Shown here: piece by piece, positions 1 to 11,998 of the stretch
How positions within the stretch are numbered: the stretch's first letter is position 1
Layout of the letters: each line of letters starts with the position of its first letter
NCBI RefSeq assembly: GCF_001194135.2
Contig: NC_068987.1
Coordinates: 73,061,888 to 73,120,828 of the forward strand
Direction: 5' to 3'
DNA: 58,941 nucleotides
Source of the DNA: Octopus bimaculoides
Taxonomy: Eukaryota
The notes under the pieces: model-generated
Databases searched by the model: none
What the model was told of the DNA's origin: nothing
Seen by the model: the letters and a program-made list of their open reading frames with translations, nothing else
Made by a program: the position numbers and the translations under genes

Positions 1-55
<55 letters not shown>

Positions 56-56
56 T
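1..56. repeat. (AT)n/(AC)n microsatellite
   Basis: Direct dinucleotide runs. Confidence 0.95.
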
Positions 57-186
57 GAACATAAAGTCAACTCCTTTACATGTATATCTATGCAGTTATG
101 AAGTATGGTTTGTATCCATATTGTTCTGCGTTCAATCCTACAGACAGGATCTCAAGCAGAAAGTTTGAATTAACAAATGCCTAGCG

Positions 187-456
187 CAGTGGCTCTCAAC
201 CATTTTTTGCCTGTGGACTCCTTTGATTCTTAGTACCATTACATTTATATATCAAATTTTATCGGGAATTGTATTAAAAAAAACCTATTAAAATGTCTTG
301 TGTATTGTACAAGTATAACCTATTTATTGCACATAACTCTAGCAGCAAATTCTTATGTGGACCCCCAATGGCCATGTGAACTTCCAAGGGCCATGTGAAC
401 TTCCAAAGGCCATGTGAATCCTCAAGGGCCATGTGGACCCTGGTTGAGAACCACTG
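187..456. mobile_element. hAT-type MITE, family 1
   Basis: TIRs CAGTGGCTCTCAACC / GGTTGAGAACCACTG; 8-bp TSD GCCTAGCG/GCCTAGTG; internal 19-bp unit x4 at 370-440. Confidence 0.85.
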
Positions 457-600
457 GCCTAGTGAGTGGAATCTTAGTAGACAGAAGCCTAGCATGTATT
501 TCATTACCACCATAATAATTTTTTTTACGTCTACTTTTCCTTGCTGGCAGCATAAGTTGGACAGCTTTACTGATGCAGCTTCTTTTCTCACAACCAAATG

Positions 601-759
601 CAGGCATAGCTGTGTGGTTAAGAAACTTGTTTCCCAACCATTTGGTCTTGGGTTCAGTCCCATTACATGCCTCCTTGAGTAAGTGTTTTCTACCAGAGCC
701 CAGGCTGACCAAAGACTTACAAGTGGATTTGGTAGACAGAATCGAAAAGGAGCCTATCA

Positions 760-792
<33 letters not shown>
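601..792 (+). mobile_element. tRNA-headed SINE with internal (GT)n (family C), 5' half
   Basis: GTGTGGTTAAGAA...GGGTTCAGTCCCA head and GTGGATTTGGTAGAC body, matching other copies in the window (e.g. 43720-44120). Confidence 0.75.
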
Positions 793-795
<3 letters not shown>

Positions 796-841
796 ACTCT
801 TCTTTAGACATCACACTATGGTTGTAAACAAGGATCATTGT

Positions 842-1203
842 CATACAAGCATCATCAACATCCTTTAACATCTTTTTTCCATGCTGGCAAGGGTTGGATG
901 GTTTGACCAGAGCTAGCAAGAAGGAGAGTTGCATCAGGTTCCAGTCTGATTTGGCTTAGTTTCTATGGTTGGATGCCCTTCCTAATGCCAACCACTTTAC
1001 AGTGCATGCTTTGTGCTTTAAACATGATACCAGTACATTTCCTGTCTTTCATAAAATACATGTCTAGCTGTAGAAAAATATCACCTTGCTTAGAAACAGA
1101 TGAGGGTTGGCTAGAGGAAGGGCATCCAACTGTAGAAAATAGCCTACAAATTCCATGTGAAGCATGCAAGCATGGTAAGGTAGACATTAAAATGATGATG
1201 ATA
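842..1203. mobile_element. Two (GAT)n-tailed RTE-type 3' ends in opposite orientation (842-1010 -, 1063-1203 +)
   Basis: Shared TTCCATGCTGGCA...GGATGCCCTTCCTAATGCCAACC motif; ATGATGATG tail on the plus copy. Confidence 0.7.
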
Positions 1204-1377
1204 ATGGAATGTCCTTGTCAACAAACCTTTTAATTGCCTCTTAAGATATGCAGTGGTATGACATACCAATTTTTAAAATGGGATACATACAGTATACATG
1301 TGTGTGAGAGACAGAGAGAGAAAAACAATGAGTAAATGAGTGCATGCATGTCTGTCTATACATTTACCTGTATATAT

Positions 1378-1522
1378 CAGTGCTCCGCAACTGGTGTGCC
1401 GCAGTGTAACCTGAATGTAATTTTTGCCCAATACTTTTAATTATATTTTTAGTTCAGTTCTGCCGCCGAATTTTGAAAAGGATATAAGTGTACCGCAAGT
1501 GAAAAAAGGTTGTGGAGCATTG
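1378..1522. mobile_element. hAT-type MITE, family 2
   Basis: TIRs CAGTGCTCCGCAAC / GTTGTGGAGCATTG; TSD GTATATAT/GTATATAG. Confidence 0.8.
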
Positions 1523-2407
1523 GTATATAGCAATAGTAAACATAAATTCAGATTTATCAAATAAGGACAAAACTAAGAAAAGTACTGGGGAGCAGGTGTG
1601 AGTCGATAAGATTGATTAAGACACTAGAAGAGAATCCCAACATGACTGCAGTCCAATGACTGGAATCAGTAACAAAAAATAAGTAATGAATAAATAAAAT
1701 GTACACAAGAATAAGTTCTGATCAATAAATAAAATATTTCAACATGTGAAAAAAAAAACAAAAAAAAAAACGAACAACAAAAATATCATGTCATACAAAT
1801 AAGTAATAGTAATAATAATAATAATGTCTTAATAAGGCTAACCTCGTTCTGCAGGTTCCATAATATGGCTTTCCTTGTGTTTTCATAAAGTCAAGCAAGA
1901 TTATCAAAAGTCATGCAGCTACAGCCAAGACAGCTGGTTAGAATGGTAGCATGATGCAGCACAAGTTAGAAAGAACAACTGGAAATATGACCAACATCAA
2001 AAGGCCATAGGCTAGACAACCCTAAGAACGACACGGTCAAAAGAGAACAGACAACCCCATCATTAAAATTCTATGGTGACTGAGATCAGTTAAGTGAACA
2101 CATGCACATTATACATACATACATACATACAAACATACATACATACATATGTGTGCATGTATACATGTGTATATATTTTATGCATATATGAATGTGTATG
2201 CGTAAATATATATAGTGTGTATATGTATTTATATAGCTATGTATGTTTGATTATGTACACGAGTGTATGCATGTCTTTCTTACGAGAGTGAGTAACTGTG
2301 AGTATATGCTAGTATGTATATTCATGTAGATGAGTGAGAGTATGTTTGTGTACGTGTGTGTGTGAGAGAGAGAGACAGAGAGAGACTGTATATTTGCATG
2401 TGTACAT

Positions 2408-2454
<47 letters not shown>

Positions 2455-2540
2455 CGTGTGTGTGTGTGTGTAAATATGAAATAGTAACAAAACAGCAGAA
2501 AAGTGAGAGACAGAGTAGAGGAGCAAGTAAGCAATCTTAC

Positions 2541-2559
2541 AGCGAGGTAATTCACGTTG
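2541..2559 (-). CDS. Candidate 19-nt microexon (CAACGTGAATTACCTCGCT)
   Basis: Acceptor CTCCTAACTTTGTCTCTAACAG with no AG for ~165 nt upstream; donor GCT|GTAAGA. No homology or transcript support. Confidence 0.25.
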
Positions 2560-2857
2560 CTGTTAGAGACAAAGTTAGGAGTTTAGTTTTCAAATACAAC
2601 ACAGTAATTTCGGTGATTAATTATTAAAAAAGAAAAACAACAAAAAGAGGAGAGAAAAAAATAAAGAAAGAAATAAAACAAAGAAAATAATCAAACAAGG
2701 TAATCAGTGTGAAGGATAAACCACCATTACTGCACAACATCAATGCGATTAACTAAGTCTTTCAAAACAGGTCAACAATGAATATATTAGGAACTACTCA
2801 TACACATTAGTTAGAGTGCTTTCAATATTTCAATTCAATAGAAAAAAAAAAGTTATA

Positions 2858-2901
<44 letters not shown>

Positions 2902-3180
2902 AAGACTGAGACACTGTAAATGTACACATTCAAGGCCCACAGTATCGCATTCTGTTGTGCAGTGAAAGCTGGCTATGAAAATGTAAGACTATTTGGGCAT
3001 TAGTAATAATGAATATAAAAACCTATTTAGTTGACACAAATAAAGTGGCTGTCATTGTAAAAAGAAGAGAAAAAAAAAAGAAAAAGTGATGAAAGCAATG
3101 TAATTAGAAATGCTGCCTCACACTCAGGTCAAGTTATTTAGAAACTGGAAGCAGTATTGGGGGGGGGGGGCGAATCAACA

Positions 3181-3211
<31 letters not shown>

Positions 3212-3790
3212 CTATTCTACTAAAAAGGCATAAAGCCTGAAATTTGGGGGGTGGGAGCTAGTTGATTATATCGACCACAGTGCATAACTGGTACTTTTTC
3301 ATAAACCTCGGCAGAATTTGAACACAGAACATCAAAATGAACAAAATGCTGATAAGCATTTTGCCCAGTGTGCTAACGATTCAGCCAGTGTACTGCCTTA
3401 ATAATAGTAATAATAATAATCCTTTCTACTATAGGCACAAGGTCTGAAACTTTGGGGAAGGGGAATAGTCAATTACATCAACCCCAGTGTTTCACTGGTA
3501 CTTAATTTATCGACCCTGAAAGGATAAAAGGCAAAGTTGACCTCGGTGGAATTTGAACTCAGAATGTAGACACGGATGAAATGCCGTCTACTAAAGGCAC
3601 AAGGCCTGAAATTTAAGAGCAGGGGACTAGTTGATTACATTAACCTCAGTGTTCGTCTAGTACCTATTTTATCAACCCCAAAAGGATGAAAGGCAAAGTC
3701 ATCCTCAGTGGAATTTGAACTCAGAATGTTATGGTGGGCAAAATGCTGTTAAGTATCTTGTCTGGAATAATAAAAAAATAACAATATCAA
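3181..3790 (-). mobile_element. Three tandem copies of (AAT)n-tailed SINE (family A)
   Basis: Repeated CTACTATAGGCACAAGG...CTGGTACTT...GAAAGGATGAAAGGCAAAGT...GAATTTGAACTCAGAA blocks separated by AAT runs. Confidence 0.8.
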
Positions 3791-4104
3791 TAATTCTAAT
3801 GATGATTTCTAACATTGGTACAAGACAACATGGTGTACAGCTGACCCAAATAACACTCAATATATGACTGGTTCTCATTATACTGATGAAATGGGGGCAA
3901 AGGGAAAAGAAAAATGTTGATCCTGGCAGGTTTTGAACTCAAAATGTAAAAGAATAAATATAACCTTGCTCTTCTGTTTTTACAACACTACTTTCAGGAA
4001 CTATAAGAACTCTGCATTTCTATGTAGAATTCAAAGGAAGGTAGAAATTTTGACTTGGCGATTTGTTGTGCTTGGGAAGACTCATCAAGCCGAGTGAAAT
4101 TGCA

Positions 4105-4310
4105 ATTGTGGCTGGTGCCAGTGACACATAAGAGCACTCATGCTGGTGACTCATAAGAGCACCCGTGCCAGTGACACGTGAAAGGCACCCATCCAGCCAT
4201 AGAAACCAAGCCAAAGTCAGACTGGATCCTGGTACAGCTTTCTGGCTGTTCTAGTCAAACCGTCTAACCCATGTCAGCATGGAAAGCAGACATTAAATAA
4301 TGATGATGAA
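4105..4310 (+). mobile_element. RTE-type 3' end with (GAT)n tail
   Basis: CATCCAGCCATAGAAACC...AACCCATGTCAGCATGGAAAGCAGACATTAAATAATGATGATG. Confidence 0.7.
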
Positions 4311-4360
4311 GAAGAACTTTATTTGAAACACCAAAATTGTCATCTTCTTATGACATATAA

Positions 4361-4577
4361 CCCTTTAGCATTTAAACCAACCATATCTGGCCAAAATATT
4401 GTACCTCTTTTATGTTCTGAACAAACAGACCTGGCCTCTCACAAGTACCCTATGATGTCATTATAAAAATACACAATCACATAAAAATCTTAAAGCTATG
4501 AGATAATAAATGATAAATTTAAAACAATGTGAATAAATAAGCATTACATTTGACAAAGTAAACTGAATGCTAAAGGG
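4361..4577. mobile_element. piggyBac-type MITE (~220 bp), copy 1
   Basis: TIR CCCTTTAGCATT / AATGCTAAAGGG; flanked by ATAA on both sides instead of TTAA. Confidence 0.85.
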
Positions 4578-5275
4578 ATAAACTAACCCAAATTCACTAA
4601 CTTTACTCAATGATTTTTGCGGACACAGATTACTACTGGTTTTCTCAGAATACAGTTTTTATTTCTTATTTATCAATTTTGTCTGGCACTCAATAGTTTA
4701 CCTCTCCACTGGCCCATTTAACAAAAATTTATGAATGAGGCGTAAGACCACAAACCATTGTCAGTAATGAAAAAAAAAAAATCTGGTGCCTGTTTTTAAC
4801 AAGTCCAGAAGAGCAAAAGATTGAAAATTGCATAGATGAAATGAATTCCATATGGCATAGCCATCCACTGCCCTCATCAACAACAAAAACAGTCAGACAA
4901 CTGAGAAGCCTCTACAGTCACTCAGCCATCAAAAATTAGTAGCCAAATCTCTTAAATCACACACTACTATCTTCATTAAAGAAATAAAGAAAACCCATAT
5001 TAAATAATGCAGTCCTAGATATTTTGTTAAAGTTGGGATGGTCATGACTGGAATCCACATCATCATAAATAACTCTGCCCTGTAAGAGTTTGACTAGGTA
5101 CTAAAGTAACAACAATGATGATGACGATCTCTAAATGTGGTAGCATAACACAGACTGATATGGAAAGACTAATTAATCAAATCAGCTCAGTGCATTACTG
5201 GTACAAAATTTATCAATACAAAGTGTGACTTAATTCTGTGAAATATGCAATTTATAGAAACAGATGAAATAATCC

Positions 5276-5515
5276 TTTCTACTATAGGCACAAGGTCTGA
5301 AATTTTTGTGGGGTGGAGATTAGTTGATCACATCAACCCTAGTGCTCAGCTGGTACTTATTTCATTGATCCCAGTGCTCAACTGGTACTTATTTCATTAA
5401 CTCCATAAAGATGAAAGGCAAAGTCCTTGGCAGAATTTGAACACAGAAACAAAGAGGGATGAAATGCCACTGAACATTTTGTCCAGCAAGCTAACAGTTC
5501 TGCCAGCTCTTCAAC
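5276..5515 (-). mobile_element. SINE family A with internal 32-bp duplication
   Basis: Family A motifs; AGTGCTCA..TGGTACTTATTTCATT repeated at 5341 and 5373. Confidence 0.75.
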
Positions 5516-6028
5516 TTAGGTCAATGAAATAATGAAAGAGAGAGAGGAAAAGCAAAGATAATACTCCACAAACTGAACATGCTAAAGACAGCAACCAAAT
5601 TTCCTTCAAATTACACACTATCATTATCATAACCACCAATTTTCATTGTTTTTTTTTTTTCCATGCTGGCATGGGTTAGGTTTTCTGATGGTGCTTTTGT
5701 AGGCTGATACCATTCCAGTTCCAAACCCTTTTAATCACCTTATATGAGGAAACAGGGAGACCTGTGTATATATTGTAAAACTGGGAGATATATATAGTAA
5801 ACATCTATCGCCAAAAAAAAATAATAATATTGACACATTGGATATGTAGACTTGGATATAAAAAACAAGGGGTGGTCAGAGCTAGAACATAGGATTCCTT
5901 AATCAACCACAATTACCAGCTGGCATTGACTTGAAAATTCATAAATGCGGTGTACATTATGTGATGACAACATGTGTGGTAGTGATAGAGAGAAAGAAGA
6001 CAAAAATATTTAAACAGGGTAAAGGGTA

Positions 6029-6488
6029 TGACTATGGGTTTGCACCAAGAAAGTTACCCTCCAAGGCACAAATCTAAGTAAGGTTGTTTATGAAAGACTA
6101 GCAGTCACACATGCAAACCAACCTCCCCACTTCATGCTGTTATATGTACATAAGGTAATCGGTAAAGACCCCCTTCAGTCATGAATGACCATGGAGTTGC
6201 ACCTAGAAAGTTACCCTCCAGGGCACAAGTCTGAGCAAGGTTGTTTACGGAAGACCAGCAGTCATGCATACCAACCTCCCTTCTCCATGCCGTTGCTGTC
6301 ATCCAAGGGAAAGACAAAGGCCACTACAATTTGGCATCAGTGATGCTGCAACTCCTTTCTACAGCTAAGTGAACTGGAGCAATGTGAAATAAAGTGTCTT
6401 GCTCAAGTGCACAACACACAGCCCAGTCCAAGAATCAAACTCACTACCTCATGACTGATGTTCTAACCTCTGAGCCATGTGCCTTCAC
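6029..6488 (-). mobile_element. tRNA-headed SINE (family E) with duplicated 3' block
   Basis: Minus-strand head GTGAAGGCACATGGCTCAGAGGTTAG...TTGAGCAAGACACTTTATTTCAC; ~110-bp block repeated at 6030 and 6187. Confidence 0.75.
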
Positions 6489-7179
6489 ATTACTTAAACA
6501 TTACTGTTTCAATGTATCAACATGATAGGATGCATATCCTCCTTACACAGCTGTCCTCCAAAACAGCAAGAGCAATTTGCAGAAACATTCATCATATACA
6601 TTAACATCAAGTAGAATACTACTAAGGATAATAAAATAATATTTAAAATAACACAGAGAAAATAGAATAACAACAGTATTATTAATTATAGCAGAAACTA
6701 ATCTTTATATAAACAGAACACATCCAGGTGATCTCTGTTCAATTAATGAAATAAACTAAGGAAGTAGTGACTATTTAGTTGTTTGACCAGTTTACTCCAG
6801 CAGTGAAATATCTCCTTAAAGATGGCATTGTTTCTAAAATGGTGACCATTTGCTTAAATCTTAAATACTGGAACAACATGGACTATAAAAATTTTTTTTA
6901 AACACCCACTGCACAAAAGGTGATCAATTCAATTCATTTCATCCAAAACACAAGTCAGAATGAGACAACTTGGATGCTGGTGATTTGAGAAAGGTGATTG
7001 GACATCGAACCTGTTTTGGTGACTAATTTTTGGTACTGGGGACAAGCACACACACATACATGCGGAAATATATACACAGACAGAGTGAGTGAGAAAGAGA
7101 CACAAGTTGTTAATTGAACATGACTGGCATAAATACTTTCCCTCTTCTCAGACCCATAGAAAGCTATATATATGCTCAC

Positions 7180-7201
7180 ACATAATAAACAAAGTCGAAG
7201 A
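7180..7201 (-). CDS. Candidate 22-nt microexon (TCTTCGACTTTGTTTATTATGT)
   Basis: Acceptor ACTAAC...GTTGTTCTCTCTCCCAG with a ~73-nt AG-free zone and CpG-retaining flank; donor TGT|GTGAGC. No homology support. Confidence 0.25.
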
Positions 7202-7306
7202 CTGGGAGAGAGAACAACCGAAACATTAAAACGTGATAACAGATAAGTTAGTGTTAAATCAGTGACACCAAAACGGCTGTGCCAAAGGTTCTCATATCCA
7301 GTTTAA

Positions 7307-7523
7307 CTCTTTGGCATTCAAACCAGCCATATCCGGCAAAAATATTTAACCTGTTTTATGTTAAAACTGGTCAGATCTGGCCTCTCACTTCAACACTACA
7401 ATGTCATTTTAAAGCTAAACAATCACATCATCAAAATCTCTAAACAAGATAATGCATGATTAATTTTAAACAATATAAATAAACAAACATTACATTTGAT
7501 AGAACAATCTGAATACTAAAGGG
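7307..7523. mobile_element. piggyBac-type MITE, copy 2
   Basis: TTAA at 7303-7306 and 7524-7527; body matches copy 1. Confidence 0.85.
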
Positions 7524-8428
7524 TTAAACTGAGATGATCATGACTGCTAAACAGAAAACAATTCAAGTAACTAATATTTTGAGTTGGACAAGCTTCTTCC
7601 CATCTACCCAGTTACCTGAACCCAATACTATACAGTGGCTAGCCTGTTCTGCATAATTTTGTTTCCTTGTTATATACATCAGTTATACATAAACAGAGGA
7701 CCTAAATAGTGTTGTCAATGAACACAGAAAATTCTAGAAAGACACAGTAGAAGCTTGTTAACTTTCTAAATTTTGTCAAATACATTTTTAACTGACCAAT
7801 ATTAAAATAAAAACCTTATCTAGTAACAAAGGACCTTAGAATAATGAATTATATAGTCAGAATTCTATCTGAAAATGTTGATGCTGTGAAAAACTTCAAA
7901 CTAGAACTCAAAATCCTTGACCAGATTACATAACATGCCATAAATAATAAGAAATTAAATCTATATAAGAATATATTTCTAACTTTAAAACAATTTCAGT
8001 GTTATAATCTCTGGAGATAGCATCAACCCTAGTTGCATCTCAGTTTTGAAGTAATTAGAAACCAGATCAGTCAGAACCCTACTTTTTCTCTCCATTGTTT
8101 ATGACCCATGTAAAAAATATGCAGATCTATGAAAATTGTTTCATGGCAACACTAGATATATCTTTAAACAGAAAATCTAATAAAATCAAATATAACAGAA
8201 ACTTAAAATTCTCTAAGACAATACATATCACATAAATTTGAACACAATTTCACTTCATGAATTATCCCCCATCATCATCCACTTTTCCATGCCCAGTTTA
8301 CTGGGACATTTTCTACAGCTGGATGCCTTTCCTGTCACCAACCCATACTTGCTTCTAAGCTATGTAATATTTCTCCCATGTCCAGACGTTTCCACAGAAT
8401 ATTGAAAATAAATAATATTCATTTACAA

Positions 8429-8760
8429 CAATGGTTCTCAATTGGGGTCCGTATAAGATTTGGGAGGGGGGTGGGGGTGTCCATGCAACAAAATAGTAAA
8501 TGGGGGGGGTCCACAATAGTATTTTAAAGACCCCTGAAAATATTTTGCCTTAGATGTATGTATTGGCATGTATTGCAAGAAACAACTAGGTTTCTGTCTC
8601 TAACATTTTACATAGTTCAACCTACACAAGTTAATGTGTGAAAAACAATAGGAATTTTAAAAGAAGCACTTATAAAGTTAGTTTTATACATTGAATGACT
8701 ATGGGGGAATAAAATAGTAATCAAAGGGGTCTATAGATAAAAAATGGTTCAGAAACCCTG
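8429..8760. mobile_element. hAT-type MITE, family 1
   Basis: CAATGGTTCTCAA...GGTTCAGAAACCCTG ends; exact 8-bp TSD ATTTACAA. Confidence 0.8.
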
Positions 8761-8832
8761 ATTTACAACAATCATGTGATATCACAACAAGGATATGCAA
8801 ATATACACACACTTACACATATATACATACAC

Positions 8833-8995
8833 TACAGACTTCTTTCATTTTCTGTCTATGAAATCTACTCACAAGGTTTTGGTCAGCCCAGGGATATACT
8901 ATAATAGAAGAAACTCATCCAAAGTACAACACAGTGGGACTGAACCTGAAACCTGTCATTGGGAAGAATACTTCTTAACCATATAGTCACATCTG
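8833..8995 (-). mobile_element. SINE family C head
   Basis: TCTTTC..TTTCTGTCTA..AAATCTACTCACAAGG...AGTGGGACTGAACC. Confidence 0.7.
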
Positions 8996-9270
8996 CACTT
9001 AACAAAATTATAAAATGAAATTGAAAATTTAATATCAATAGGGGACATGATTTTCTTTCAGGCACTCCTAAATTATGAAGCAAACTTTAGCTCGTTGTCT
9101 GCAGTGCAGTGGTAAGAGTGGAGAATATCTTGTTATCCATGTTTTTCTATTCAAACACTAATACTATGACTATCAGGATGCATAATTTAACAGCAACAAC
9201 AACAACAGCACTTATCACAGATATTGTTGCTGCAATACAATAACTCCATTAATCCAATATTAACATTTCA

Positions 9271-9301
<31 letters not shown>

Positions 9302-9809
9302 NNNNNNNNNNNNNNNNNNNNNNNNNNNNNNNNNNNNNNNNNNNNNNNNNNNNNNNNNNNNNNNNNNNNNNNNNNNNNNNNNNNNNNNNNNNNNNNNNNN
9401 NNNNNNNNNNNNNNNNNNNNNNNNNNNNNNNNNNNNNNNNNNNNNNNNNNNNNNNNNNNNNNNNNNNNNNNNNNNNNNNNNNNNNNNNNNNNNNNNNNNN
9501 NNNNNNNNNNNNNNNNNNNNNNNNNNNNNNNNNNNNNNNNNNNNNNNNNNNNNNNNNNNNNNNNNNNNNNNNNNNNNNNNNNNNNNNNNNNNNNNNNNNN
9601 NNNNNNNNNNNNNNNNNNNNNNNNNNNNNNNNNNNNNNNNNNNNNNNNNNNNNNNNNNNNNNNNNNNNNNNNNNNNNNNNNNNNNNNNNNNNNNNNNNNN
9701 NNNNNNNNNNNNNNNNNNNNNNNNNNNNNNNNNNNNNNNNNNNNNNNNNNNNNNNNNNNNNNNNNNNNNNNNNNNNNNNNNNNNNNNNNNNNNNNNNNNN
9801 NNNNNNNNN

Positions 9810-9862
<53 letters not shown>

Positions 9863-10553
9863 TATATATATATATATAGAGAGAGAGATATATATATATA
9901 GAGATATATATATATAGATATATATATATATATATATATATATAATAATCATCATGATAATATATAATAATGACTCTCTACTTATGGCACAAGACTAATT
10001 GATAAATGCAAGTAATGTGAATGTTTCCTAAACCCGCAAGAGACACTCAAGGGCCAGAGTTTAGTTAGTTCATTTTATACATAATTAAGTAGGTGAGAAA
10101 GAAATCAACCCATTCCTCTTCAGATAGCATTCTCAAACAATCAGTACTTATTCACACTAACCAGAACGACTGAGTTGAGTAGAATTCAGATTTCAGGTAA
10201 ACAAATTCAAATGTCTTGTTCTCATTACCACTTTACTTATGGAAAAGGTGTTAAGTTCACCAAATCAAGCCCAGTATATGAGTTATGTAATATAGAAATA
10301 CTAGAGTGTCACCCAGCATATGATGAGTAACTGTGGAAGTATACTTTAACCACCAAATGTAATATCAGGAAATATGGCATACACACAATAATTATAATTT
10401 GATTTCTATGAAATTTCTTGGTGCTTGTACAAAATCATGAAATGAATACTAATTTCTAAAAGAAAAATATTACCTTAAAATCAATATGTGCGAGTGTGTG
10501 CATGTAAGTACACGTGTGCACACAAGTACATGTGTGTATGCAAATATTTTTAA

Positions 10554-10613
<60 letters not shown>

Positions 10614-10839
10614 TTATCTTATGATATTTACTTTACTTTATATTATACTCATTTATTGTGCTTTTAATTATTAATTTTTCTATGTGATAGTGGATTTTCA
10701 TCGATGAGTTCTTGAAACTTGGTTATTTTCCCTAAAACTATATATTTTATATATATTTTATCTATAAAGCTCAATTTGATTTTAATTTTTATAAATTGAT
10801 TTTAATTGAGTTTTTACCTGTAATTTTGGATTTTGTCCC

Positions 10840-10886
<47 letters not shown>

Positions 10887-11417
10887 ATACATACACACAC
10901 TTCTGAGTATGTATCTGTTTCGCCCCTACTGTCTCTATCCTCTATTTATCACCTTCTTCACTTTCTCTCATCTACATATCACTTTTTGCCCTTACTTCCT
11001 CCCTCCTCTCATCCAATTACCCCCTCTACTTTGTTTCATAATGTTTATTTCTACTACATTTTTTCATGCTTTATTATACTGTTCTGAACTGTTGTGCCTA
11101 TCAACTCCACTCACTTTCTCTCTAAATAATCAGTTATCTACCCCTTTTCTCCTGTGTATGCATGTGTAGCATTCTTTACTTATTGCCTGCCATCAAGCCT
11201 CCTACTGCACCTCTTGTATTAATTTTCTGTATTCCACTTTTATTCTCTCTCTATACAACATAACATTTGATTGGAGAAATCAACCAACCTTTATATCAGC
11301 TCCTATTATATAGAGATAAGCCACAAGAATGAGTGCGTGGTTATGAAGTTCAGTGTGAAATCTCATGGCTTGGAGTTTGCTACCACAGCATGGATGCTGT
11401 CAACTCAACACAAGTCA

Positions 11418-11967
11418 GTGATGCAAACTGTTTTTAGTTTCATCTGCCCAGTATTTCCCATTGAGGAAAGCTAAAGAGCCAGGAACGCATGTCTGGGAAT
11501 CAACTAGAGGGAAGCACTGGGCAGATATGGCCTTTTTACACCTTTTAGCACAAGAGAGAATTTTCTCTCCATGGTATCTGTAGTGAATTTGCCTTTAGAA
11601 GTTAAAAAATATATCACAAACATATTTTAACTAAGCTAAAGTTTGTTTATTTTTAATCGCAGTTTGGTGCTGATGCTGCTGTTTTTATCCCGACCAGGCA
11701 GCCCACTAGCACAACTGATGTTGACTGTTTTTTAGTTAAAGCTACAGGTTAGAATCTGTCCAGGATTATCTTTCTTCAGTACTTCCCATTGAGGAAGGCT
11801 AAAGAGCCAGAAATGCACCTCTTGGAACCCACTAGAGGGAAGCACTGGACAGATATGGTGTTTTAACACCTTTTACCAAAAGAGAGAAATTCTTCTCCAT
11901 GATAACTGCAATGAATTTGCATTTAGGAGTTAAAATGTCACAAACATATTTCAACTAACCTAAAGTT

Positions 11968-11968
<1 letters not shown>
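11418..11968. repeat. Tandem duplication with ~330-bp period and hairpin-forming core
   Basis: Core 11449-11645 matches 11778-11968 (CCCATTGAGGAA.GCTAAAGAGCCAG, ACTAGAGGGAAGCACTGG, TCACAAACATATT). Confidence 0.9.

Positions 11969-11998
<30 letters not shown>

Noticed and set aside
6808-6851. 43-bp match to 12369-12412
   Set aside because: Probably a fragment of another dispersed MITE-like repeat (about 12215-12490); not independently informative.
9224-9955. Long ORFs spanning N gaps (also 23575-24106, 28495-29346, 44435-45071, 54831-55373, 56556-56924)
   Set aside because: Open only because N and microsatellite runs contain no stop codons.
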